From: Phoronis australis
Taxonomy: Eukaryota; Animalia; Phoronida
Reading direction: 5' to 3'
Assembly: GCA_002633005.1 (NCBI GenBank)
Contig: NMRA01000003.1
Location: forward strand, 1,091,452-1,155,451
DNA length: 64,000 nucleotides
The notes beneath the pieces were generated by a model, which worked only from the letters and a program-made list of their open reading frames with translations, ran no database searches and was not told the origin of the DNA. Made by a program: the position numbers and the translations under genes. Shown piece by piece: positions 11,401-22,089 of this stretch (its first letter is position 1; each line of letters begins with the position of its first letter).

Positions 11401-14400
11401 AATGCTTGGATCTTGTTCAGTAAATCAAGTGATTTACCAAGATCGTATGACCACCTTGCATTTCGGGTGGATGTTGCTTCTCAGTTGCGGGCAGGGTTCA
11501 CTTCAAAAAAGTACCATGTTGACCTCAAAAGCAGTGTAGAAAGTAGCATTCCAATATCAGCAGCTCACATCAGTCTTCATGAGCCCATGAAAATAGATGG
11601 TCGCAAGAAAGTCTGCAGAGAGTGTTCAACTCGGAAAAGAAAGACACCCAGAGGTCGTTCAGTTGAGACAACATTCATGTGTAGCTTCTGTAAAATCCCT
11701 CTGTGCCGAAAAGGATGCTTTGGAAACTTTCATGACAGAAATATTACTCATTGACACTTGCTTCTACAATAATATTGCGACGGTACGTGTCTCAATTTAA
11801 ATATACTTTCAAACATTTATAACTTACCTGTTTGAAGCTTGCTTACCTGTATCTCATTATTGCGTGTGTTCGTTTGAAACACTTTTTATCTGCCTCACAC
11901 GGTTGGAAGTTGTGCCAGGATTGTGACTTTTATTATAATGGTGATTGGTGATGGGCTTTGCTCACAATATTTCACCTTGTTAAGCTTGTATTTTTACAGT
12001 TGTCGAATGTTGAATAGTGCACGTTTTATACCTGTCTTGATTACTTGTTTTGGGTTGATTTAATTTTTGACTCATACCTTGTTATTATTCAGGATAATTG
12101 TAACATGTGATTGTGCATTACTAGGTGAATATATGTTACAAAATCAAAGGAATAGTACATTAAAATACTTTTTTTATTAGAAAACTCCTTTTTTTCTGCA
12201 TTACCTGGGGATTTAATTTGAATTGAGAAGGCCTTTGGCTGGTGTTATATTCAACAATCTTTGCACTGTTTGTTTTCCAAATATTAAGACAGTAGCTGTT
12301 TAAATAAAGAAGTTGCAGGTTATTTTTTCAGCTGTGTCGAAAACTGACAGGATTGTGTGCATGCAGCTGGAGGGCTTAGTTAGGGGGGAAACTAGAACAC
12401 TAAAGGGTTATATGTAGTATGCCTGCTGTGCACTAAAAACATTTTAAAACTAAGTGTCACATTGTAGGCTTATTTGTGTCATGTTGTAGAACATTCAGAC
12501 CAAAATATCTGCTGCTGGAAATTGTTCTACAGATGATTAGGCCTGCCTTACAAACTGTAGTCATCCTCACTAGCACCATTCTTTTCTCATTAACAACATT
12601 TTATTTCTTGCATACCGTGATACCGGTAATTGTCTTTTTTTACAAGCAGTTGCAGATAGTAAATTTACAATTTACCAAAGAGGAGCAAGCTCAGATGAAA
12701 CCATTAATTATTGTCATAAATAGTTGCACCATTAAATTCCTTCTATAGGAATGACATTGATTTTTAAATCATTTTTTTAGCTCAATACTTCCAAAACTGT
12801 TGCTTCAACTCAGGGCCACTCACCGGGTCTCACCCTATTTAAGAATTTCTAGAAATTATTGTTTATGCTATTTTGCCTTGGTTTTGGTTTATATTAGTTT
12901 GCTGCTTTATTATGAAGAATGTTGGGTAAATAACTTGCATTAGGGTTTGGCTTTCTTACATGAAAATAATCTTGATTGGCAAAGCATCCACCAAGTAGAA
13001 GGCTGTGTCCTCTGGCAGACGTAACTACATGTAACTTTTTAGTTCTGGGGCAAAGGTGGCGATGTGGCAGTCATTTTTCAAATGTTTGCTTAGCAGAGCT
13101 CTAGTTCAGCACTCCTGTGAAGGATTCTTGTGAAATTTGGTATAGATGGATATCTTAAGGGTTATCTGGTGTATTAATCTTTTTCTCACTTCGACCTGCC
13201 GTTCTCGAGTTACTCAAGATTCTCGATGGCTGCTCTTTTATTGACCGATTCCATGTGCTGTAGCTCTGGTGTTATTAAGTATTTGATAAATCTGTTTGAA
13301 ATTTGGCCTACGACTAGGGCTCGGGGTCTTATCTCTTTATTCGAGATCGAACTCGAAGTTATTTTTGGCATTTTCTGTTCTACTTTTGTGCAAACTCAAA
13401 ATGAGTGTTAATTATTCTATGCGCAAAATACATAATGGCTTCCATGGATAACTTTCTAATCATACTTGAGATGTGTTTTACACAAAATCTTGATTTTTTA
13501 GCTCGAACCTAATGGTCATCAAACAAACTTGAAAATGAAACTCATTTGTATGAACCATAATGAACTCGAGCATAGAATAATGAATACTTATCTTGAGTAG
13601 ATCTGAAATGCCAAAAGTAATTTTGAGATTAGCTCCTGATCCTCGAACTCGTCAAGTGCTAGAAAAAATCTGTTGAAAGTTTTTTGCTCCAACTCTACTT
13701 TTTCAAGATTTACTTGTGGAGGTGTTAGTTTCGCAGGCTTTAATAGTCCTACATCTCAGGGTTCAAGAACAACATGGTTTCATATCATTCTTGTTATTCC
13801 CATGGCTGATTGACATGACATTTACTCACAGGTCTTCTATATCTGGTTGAAGTTGTACACTAGACTGCACTATGACATCCATTTTTATGCGCCCACATAT
13901 TTATATGTGGACGCATTATGCCGTCATCTCCGTCCGTCCGTCCGGGCGGTGTCTCCAAAACCCTTTGACATGTGTTCATGAAATTTGGCACATATGTTCC
14001 ATTCATGAATGGGACGGCATGTGCGAACTTTCGGACGGATCCGACTACCGATGTGCCCCCTAGTGGCAATTTTAATTTTTTACGCTTACCTTTGTTTCTT
14101 CAAAAGTCCTGAACGGATTTTCATGAAATTTGGTATGTAGGCACCTATTAGTGAGATAACACTATCCTCCCGTTTTCAGATGGATTCGACATAGTTTGCG
14201 CCACCTAGTGGCCATTTTTAGTGTTTTCGAGTCTGTTTTTGTGCGTCCACCCCTCTATCAACCAAACCGCTCAAAGGATGATTGTGAAAATTGGCGTGTA
14301 TATGCTTACTATGTAGAGGATGGTTGACGATGATTTTCCGACGATTTCGACTACTGTGGCGCCTCCTAGTGGCAGTTTTGTTTTTTTGCGCCTATGGCTG

Positions 14401-17400
14401 TATCTCCTAAACCGTTCGCAGGATCTTTACAAATTGTGTAAGTATATTTATATGATGTTAACAACGGAAGATGACGACTTTTGGTCGGATCCGACTACCG
14501 GTGTGCCCCCTAGTGGCAATTTTAGTTTTTTACGCTTACCTTTGTATCTTCAAAAGTATTGAACGGATTTTCATGAAATTTGGTATGTAGGCACCTATTA
14601 GTGAGATGACGCTATCCTACTGTTTTCAGATGGATTCGACGTAGTTTGCGCCACCTAGTGGCCATTTTTACTGTTTTCGAGTCTGTATTTTTGCGTCCAC
14701 CCCTCTATCAACCAAACCGCTCAAAGGATGATTGTGAAAATTGGCGTGTATGTGCTTACTATAAGGAAGACAGCTGACAATGATTTTCAGACGATTTGGA
14801 CTACTGTGGCGCCTCCTAGTGGCAGTTTTGTTTTTTTGCGCCCATGGCTGTATCTCCCAAACCGTTTGCAGGATCTTTACTAAATTTAGCAAGTGTATTT
14901 ATGTGATGTTGACAACGGACGATGACGACTTTAGGATGATTCTGATTACCGGTATGCCTCTAGTGGCAATTTTAGTATTTGCCTCTAGTGGCAATTTTAG
15001 TATTTTACATTGACCTCTGTATTTTCATAGGTCTTCAGGTGTATACTTTGTGTTACTTCGTGACTGTGAAGGAAAAGTTCCAAGTAGAAATTTGTTTCTG
15101 GCATTCTAATGCTGTGCTAATCTCGTATGTTGGTAAATTTGTTTTTAATTCTATGTTTCTGTGGTGCTTTAAGCAACTGGTGTATAGGATGTGCTTGTAT
15201 TATGAAGATCACTCACATTTTGCCCCTAGCCTATTGAGGAGACAATGACCATGCCTTTCCATTTTGCAAAGTACAACATACTACATATATGCCCTCTACT
15301 GGCCACTTTATGGTACCAATAAACAACCCCAGAAGGATACCATATACGGTGCAATTGTGGGCGCATTTCAAAGCTCTGCGTTGCTCTTGTTAGATTTTTT
15401 TCTCTTTGCGGAGCTGTAGCTCTGCAATCCTGTGAGAGATTCTTTTCAAATTTGATATACATAGATACATATTGCATAGGGCTTCCTGAAGGCATCATCG
15501 ATTTCTCACAGCAATGCTCTGTTCTCGAGATGGTAACATGGGTCCTGTGATGACAGGCATTTGGTACTTGTCTCGGCAGTTTTCTCCCCGCATGTATTCA
15601 AATATAGTGATGTACTGTATTCATAAAGGTTGAGCCATGTTTAGAAAGCCCTGAGTCATGTTTGGAAATCCTTGAGCCATGTTTAAGTCTTTGAGGTCGT
15701 CCTTGTTGTAAGTGTCATGATCATTGTTGTATATGGTGTCGCTTCCTTCATCTTGGTCCGTTCTTCATTTGATTTTGCCAAGTGTTGCTCTGTCAGTGCT
15801 TTCGTCATTTGCCCGCTAAACTGCTGTCCACTTTTTGAGTTCACATCGTATTATTTTTTATGCTGTCTTTAGGAAAGAAAATTAGAGCCAAAAAGGACCA
15901 CAAACCAACGTACAATGGCTGTGGCACCGATGGGTTAGGAATACAGGTATGATTATTTAACGTATTTGTAAGAATGAGCACAGAGCTATTATTCTATGTA
16001 TTGTAAGCTAAATTATTGTTATACGTTTCTGTATAAAAAAGACTTGTGCCTGTTTTTTTCCCTAAAGGGACAAATCAACGTAGTAATTTGAAGATGAAAT
16101 GTCTTAAATTTTCTGCTACATGTTTACTAATGCTGTGTACCACCATTTTGTTAATAAATTACCTAAGAACAGGCTGTGCTACACCTCATGTCATCGTGAG
16201 ATGTATCGATCATAAAGATTTTTTCCAATCATCAAAAGGACGCACACTCCCAAAAATGTAAATTTTTAACAATATTACTCAACTACACAAATTACGACTC
16301 CGTTCAGTGGTTGAAATAGCATTACTTGTACACCAGGAAGCTAAGCATGTTAAAATACCTCTTGATTATTGAAAGCTATTGTTGTCAAGGTGAAGTATTA
16401 TTTTAGACCAGTTTATCAAAGCTGCTATAAATATAAGTCATATTGTAATATTAAAAGCATTAATTTCTTTATTTGTTTTAAGGAAATGTCATGACATGCT
16501 AATCCCTTTTTTTCTGAATTGAAAGTGGTAAACAGTTAATCCTTTAGAATTCCTCTAATGGCCATACTGTCTTGGTGACTATGACAAGTGACGTAATGAG
16601 TCTGATATGACTGTTATTCTCTCAGTCTAGAAATCATTTTTAATCTGAATAAGGGGCAAGTCCAATTTTGTAATAGTACGTGCTTTAAATCAAAAGCTGG
16701 ATTTTGATGGAAAGTTAGTGACTGTTTTCCTTTAGTTTTTCCAGGCTATTTTGTGTAAATAGGGAGAAAGTTCCTTTTAATTATGCCAATGGTGTCTGTA
16801 AGTAAATGTCGATGAGGACCTTTCCCCACACTGTTTTAGGTTAAGGAGGAGTTCAAGCCAACCTTCACAAAATGCTGCAACAAACATGACCTGTGTTATG
16901 ATAAATGTCAGGCTAACAAGAAAGAATGCGATGACAAATTCAACGAGTGTATGAGGACTGGTTGTTTTCACTTGATTGACGATGACATCGAGGAGTTAGA
17001 AGGTAAGACATGGGAAGTTTGAACACCTGCTTTTAACTTTTCTGGACAAATGAAATTGTAGTTTGCCAAAATTCATCATAAGCAAAAAAAAAATTTTTGC
17101 TACTTTCAACATGTTTAGTAATTTATGGCTACCATGAAACCAATTCTCAGTATTTTTTTTGATTTTTAAATGCAAATTGTTTAAGTGTAATGGTGCAAAA
17201 TGAAAGATTGCAATGCATAATTTGAAAAAAGATTACTGCACTGTAAAGTCAAAATTGTTGGTGTACCTGGTTCGAGAAACATGTTGCCTGATGTGAAAAG
17301 TCATCAAGCAAATCTGGAAATTTTTGCTTGAAAGGTTATCCCGACAGGGAATGTGGAGTGACGATGCTTTTACTTTTTTCATAAGTTTGAATTACAATTT

Positions 17401-19694
17401 TTATGCGCCCACATATTTATATGTGGACGCATTATGCCGTCATCTCCGTCCGGCCATCCGTCCAGCGTCCGCTGCTCTATTTCTAAATTGACTTGACGTA
17501 TCTTTATGAAATTTTGCACGTGTTCCTACCGTGGATGGGACGGCATGAGCGAACTTTCGGACAGATCCGACTATCAATGTGCCCCCTAGTGGCAATTTTA
17601 GATTTTTACGTTTACCTCTGTATCTTCAAAAGTCCTGATCGGATTTTCATAAAATTTGGTTTGTAGGCACCTATTAGTGAGATGACGCTGTCCTCCCATT
17701 TTCGGATGGATTCAACGTAGGTTGCGCCACCTAGTGGCCATTTTTCTGTGTTTTGCGTCCATCCCTCTATCAACCAAACCACTCGAAGGATGATTGTGAA
17801 AATTGGCACGTATGTTCTGACTATGAAGTGGACAGCTGACGATGATTTTCTGACAATTTCGACTACTGTGGTGCCTCCTAGTGGCAGTTTTTTTGCCTAT
17901 GGCTGTATCTTCTAAACCGTCCAAAGGATCTTTACTAAATTTAGTGAGTGTATTTATATGATGTTGACAACGAACGACAACGACTTTCGGTTCGATCTGA
18001 CTACTGGTGTGCCACTTAGTGGCAATTTCATATTTTTACGTTTACCTATGTATGTTCAAAGGTCCTCAACGTATTTTCATAAAATTTGTCATACAGGCAT
18101 CTGTTAATGAGTTGACGCTATATCTCTGTTTTAAATTGGATTCGACCTAGTTTGCGCCACCTAGTGGCCACTTTTACTGTTTTCGAGTATGTCTTTGGGC
18201 GTCCACTCGTCTATCAAGCAAACCGCTTTCAGCATAATTGTGAAAATTGGCATGTATGTTTCTACTATGAAGTGGATGGCTGAGGATGATTTTCCGACGA
18301 CTTCGACTACTGTGGCGCCATGGCTGAGGATGATTTTCCGACGAGTTGGACTACTGTGGCGCCTTGTAGTGGCAGTTTTTTTGCACTCATAGCTGTATCT
18401 CCTAAACCGTATGCAGGATCTGTACTTAATTTAGCAAGTGTATTTATATGATGTTGACAACGGACGACGACGACTTTCAGATAGATCTAACTTTTGGTGT
18501 GCCCCCTAGTGGCAATTTTATTTTTTATGTTTTTCCAGTCTATCTTCAAAGGTCCTCAACAGATTTTCATAAAATTTTGAATATAGGCATCTATTGGTGA
18601 GATGACGCTATCATCCTGTTTTTGGATGTAATCGAGGTATTTTGCGCCACCTGGTGGCCATTTTTGCTGTTTTCAAATCTTGTTTTTGGCGTCCACCCCT
18701 CGATCAACCAAATCATTCTGGGGATGGTTTTGAAAATTGGCCTATATGTTTTCAGTGTGAGAGGACGTTTGATGATGGCGACTGACTATTGTGGCGCCTC
18801 CTAGTGGTAGTTTTGTTTTGTTTTTCGCCCATAACTGTATCTCCAAAACCCACTGCAGGATCTTTGTTAAATTTAGTAAATGAATTTATGTGCAGACAAC
18901 AGACGATGACTGTCAGGCGGATCAAAGGGACGCTGTGCCCACAAGTGGCAATTTCATTTTGTTCTGTTTTCCTTCATTTCTCTTAAGTTCCTTGACAGAT
19001 TTTTTGAAATATGGCATGATCCCGTTTTTGGATGGAATGTACATTTTTGCGCCATCTAGTGGCCATTTTTGTTATACAAATAAATAACCCTAAAAGCACA
19101 CCATTTGCGATGCATTCGTGGGCGCATTTCAACGCTCCGCGTCGCTCTTGTTTTACATCAAATACTTCACGTGGATGAACCACACTGTCCATCATTTCTT
19201 ATTGTCTTCTCTTGATTGGTTATTCATGTTTTGTATTAAAATTTTCCAGTTGTTGAAATAACACGGTTATTTTAAGATGTCTGAGCACCATTTCCATGTC
19301 ACTTTGACATGTACACAATGCAATTAACATGAAACTTGTCTTGATAGCTTACCATGATCATTTTCTTAAAATGAGCAAAAGGGATGGCTAATTTGGGTTT
19401 CATTGCTCAAACGTTTTTTGTATGGGCTTCCCTGTGTGCCATGACATGTCAATCAATGCACTGAGCTCTAATTTACATGTTGTCAGTCAGTGATTACTGA
19501 TGTTCACAATTGAATAATTGTTTACCAGGGTTGTTTTTATTAAGAAAAATATGACTAATTTCTCATTCAACACGGTAATACTTTATTTTGTTGCAGAGTG
19601 TTATATGATGGGCGAGTTGCTTTATAAGGGTGTAGATGTCCTGGGATGTCAAGCCTTCATGGATTCACAGAAACAATCATGTGTATGCAAATAG
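5423..19694 (+). CDS. PLA2G12A: Group XII secretory phospholipase A2 (PLA2G12-like), 5 coding exons, ~198 aa
   Basis: Exons 5423-5558, 6996-7121, 15873-15946, 16840-17002 and 19597-19694, all GT-AG and phase-compatible. The protein has a signal peptide (MEGASVALFVLLLAVF), CVFQCPEG, the Ca-loop NGCG, the catalytic motif KCCNKHDLCYDKC...KKECDDKFNECM, and the C-terminus LGCQAFMDSQKQSCVCK*. Confidence 0.92.
5970..6140. mobile_element. MITE-like repeat copy (same family as 3302-3462)
   Basis: CAGTGGCGGATTTAGAGGGGG...CCTGGATCTGCTCCTG ends; internal identity with the 3302 copy. Confidence 0.7.
6477..6596. repeat. 120-bp imperfect palindrome (foldback or hairpin MITE) in PLA2G12 intron 1
   Basis: Arms of ~56 bp (GTGAACAGTTCCCTCTTCAAAATGGC... 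/ ...GCCATTTTCAAGAGGAATCTGTTCAC), roughly 80% complementary, with an 8-nt loop. Confidence 0.75.
10069..11754 (+). CDS. piggyBac transposase-derived protein (PGBD4-like; DDE_Tnp_1_7 core plus C-terminal Cys-rich domain), intronless, 561 aa from ATG 10069; frame open from 9901
   Basis: Acidic N-terminus; ETNRYA, MSRARF, DPLYKVRP, LSVNEGMIGYKGR, YFDSFFTS, GTIVANRKGLP, GGVNHFDQ, KRWWRYILFY...NAWIL; C-terminal CREC...CSFCKIPLC...CFGNFH. Nested in PLA2G12 intron 2 on the same strand. Confidence 0.93.
   Translation: MDSGDTGELESDSGDSFDGFNAEEITKSQERLDALMGDNAESDVDVADVSDPDSSDMSDDDFAVADLTAEWSPSLHEVNLPAFAEEVGVRHNLPTDARPIDFFSCFLPEYFFELVATETNRYADQKIQNSPDLKWLPTTTQEVKAFFCICIMMGIKQLPRVSMYWSTDERFNDRYISSIMSRARFLKLNQYLHLNDSTFQPARTDENYDPLYKVRPMIDILSPSLLANYKPGKNLSVNEGMIGYKGRIHLRQSMPAKTSKRGLKVWQICESDSGYCSGFIVYTGKKAGGRQHGLGCDVVWDLAQPFINQNRHIYFDSFFTSVPLVERLRLVNTFSCGTIVANRKGLPDGIKTTKLKKQGDIIQFQKGSSMIATSCRDKRHMTFLSTCSNPGVNDDGKPYVIVDYYKHTGGVNHFDQLMSYYPVGRSGKRWWRYILFYLTNMAIVNAWILFSKSSDLPRSYDHLAFRVDVASQLRAGFTSKKYHVDLKSSVESSIPISAAHISLHEPMKIDGRKKVCRECSTRKRKTPRGRSVETTFMCSFCKIPLCRKGCFGNFHDRNITH
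13882..15391 (+). mobile_element. Non-autonomous Helentron/DINE-1-like element with an internal ~150-bp tandem array (450-bp higher-order unit)
   Basis: 5' TTTTTATGCGCCCACATATTTATATGTGGACGCAT (subTIR plus hairpin), then (GTCC)n, then tandem units, then 3' GTGGGCGCATTTCAAAGCTCTGCGTTGCTCTTGTT. Confidence 0.8.
17398..19152 (+). mobile_element. Second copy of the Helentron/DINE-1-like tandem-array element
   Basis: Same 5' block as 13882 and the 3' end GTGGGCGCATTTCAACGCTCCGCGTCGCTCTTGTT; more monomers than the first copy. Confidence 0.8.
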
Positions 19695-22089
19695 CCTACT
19701 GACTGAGGTCACATTAGGCTTTGCAAGTCTTTCATGATTGGAGAATTTAACAGAGCTAACGCGGCCACGGCCCCCCTGTTCATTTTGCGTTTGTCCCTTC
19801 TGTTCATAAAAAAGTGCCCCCAGGTAATTTGGGGGCCCTCATTTGAGCCCAGCCCCATCAGGTTGTGCATTTCCCCTAGTGCGTACTTCTGGCTGTCAGT
19901 GGTATGAACTATGTACTTGCAGGAGAAAATATAGCTCCCAAAATAATCAGAAGTCTTTGGCCTTACTGGATCAGTGGCTGTTGCAGTGGTGGATTATTTT
20001 ATTGATAGGGTTTATTCATTCCTCATGGGGTCACCATTTGGTCATGATTTAAAAACACCGACGTATCTTTTTAAGGCTATTTAAACTGTTTTTCTAGTGA
20101 AAATTCTAGTCAGGCCCTAAGCGACATTCTAAATCTGCAAAAATGTTTCTGGTCACAAAAACGATGATACAGAATACCTTTTAGCCACACGGGTCATTTA
20201 TCGAGGGAGGTTTACCCCGGTGAAAATCTGCCACTGCATATCTTTTTGATTTTTCGCTATGAAGTTTACAGTTTACAACACGAGATGCCAGTGACTATAT
20301 GGCAAAATAAAGTATATTCTATTGGAAGCAACCTGTGACAATTGTTGCCCAGAAATTGTCCAAAGGACATTATAAATCTGGGCAAGTTACCCAGTCTTCT
20401 CTGTGGAACAACTCGGGGAATTTTGTCTTCCTCAGTGTTAGTAGTGCTTTGTTGTCTTTCAAATGCATTTGTGGGACAGTTGTCAACTCTTAAACACGCT
20501 GTGGCATCTCAGATAAATAGGTGATGTGTAACTTAGCTCTATGTATTGGGATTTATCTTCAGGGTGATCGTATGGCACATGCCTCTTGCACAAATGATTA
20601 CTTTAAAGATGCATGTTGAGGCACATTTTAACTTTTCTATGATAGTGCTTAGTCTCAATCGCACCTAAAAGCAACGTCCCACAATGCATTTAAAACTAAA
20701 ATCAGCGCCTTAGTTGGATTCTCCCAAATTCTATTGCAGTCCGAAATTAACAATTGTGTGCTCAAGTTATTTTTTAAGAATCATTTCGTCTTCCATGTTT
20801 TACTTAAATTTTGAAGTTGAATGTTTAGTGATGTCTGATCTTATTACTTGAAGCATAATGAAGACTTTGCTTTTATATCACTGTTTGCATTTGTATCTCA
20901 AGTAATTCCAGCCCAGTAAACTTTTGTTTGCAGAGACTTCATTAATGATCTGACTATTCTATCATTATATAAATATCTGTGATACAACTAATCTGATTGA
21001 TATTTTGTGAAAAAAGCTCATGTATTCCATTGTTGTCTTGCATCGTCTAGTCTTCTGTGTATTTTTGAATACAGTGTGACATAAACAGGTTGGGTAGCTG
21101 GTCTATTCTGTTAAATATGTTCAGACTCATTGCATTTGTGTTGTTACCCATGCCAATGGGCCCACATGCGCACGTCTGGTAAAGTGTGCATAAACAAATT
21201 TGTAAACTTTGGTGGATGAATTGTCTTGAGTTATTTCCCAAATATGCTTGTATTTAGTTGAGTTCATCTCCTGATGAGACTCGCCTTGAACATAGATCTC
21301 TGGTACTGGTAGGCCCTTTGTACTTAAGCATTCCTAAGAATCAATTTTCTATTCTGTACAGTTATATTTTACTTTCTGAGTAGCAACTTGTCTTCATTTT
21401 TAAAATACAGTGATGGATTTCCATTTGTTCTTTTTTTCTATACTTTCCTTATTCATGTTAGAACATTTACAATGCAATGCACACGCCATTACATCCAGCC
21501 AGCAGAGTTCAAAATAAACAAGGAATTCACTTACTGTACCACTCCAGATTAAAGCCCACATGAAATTAACTTGACTCAAATTTTCAAAATTTCACATTTA
21601 AACACCCATGCTTGGTCAAACATCCACACCTCATTTGTAGTTGGGACTTGTACTTCTAATGTTGGTTCTCAAGGCCCGTGTCCAGCATGGGGATGTTTCT
21701 CGAAGTTGCAAAACTATGGTCATGGACATTTCAAACTACGTTTCAATAAATTTTATGAATTCGACTGTGTGGTAAACACCCACCTGCAACTGTTCAAAGT
21801 TCTATTTTTAAACTGCCTGATGTTTTAGTTTCTCTGTTAAATAACTTGGTGTTAACCTGGAAGAGTATGCTATATGAAAACAATCAGAAGAATTCTTGCA
21901 GGTAAATTGGCAACACTTGACAGTAGCATGGTCTAATAACCAAACATGAAAAACTTCTCAAATGGGAGTGGATTTCATGATGGTAAAAGTTACACTGTTG
22001 CACAACATAACGACCATTGTTTAATAGCAGGTGCACCACTACAAGTAATGGCCCTACCAATACACACTGTAGCAATCACACTTGTGTGC

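Noticed and set aside
13980-15010. Regularly spaced repeats as a CRISPR array
   Set aside because: The intervening sequences are themselves repeated (450-bp period), the context is a eukaryotic intron, and there are no cas genes.
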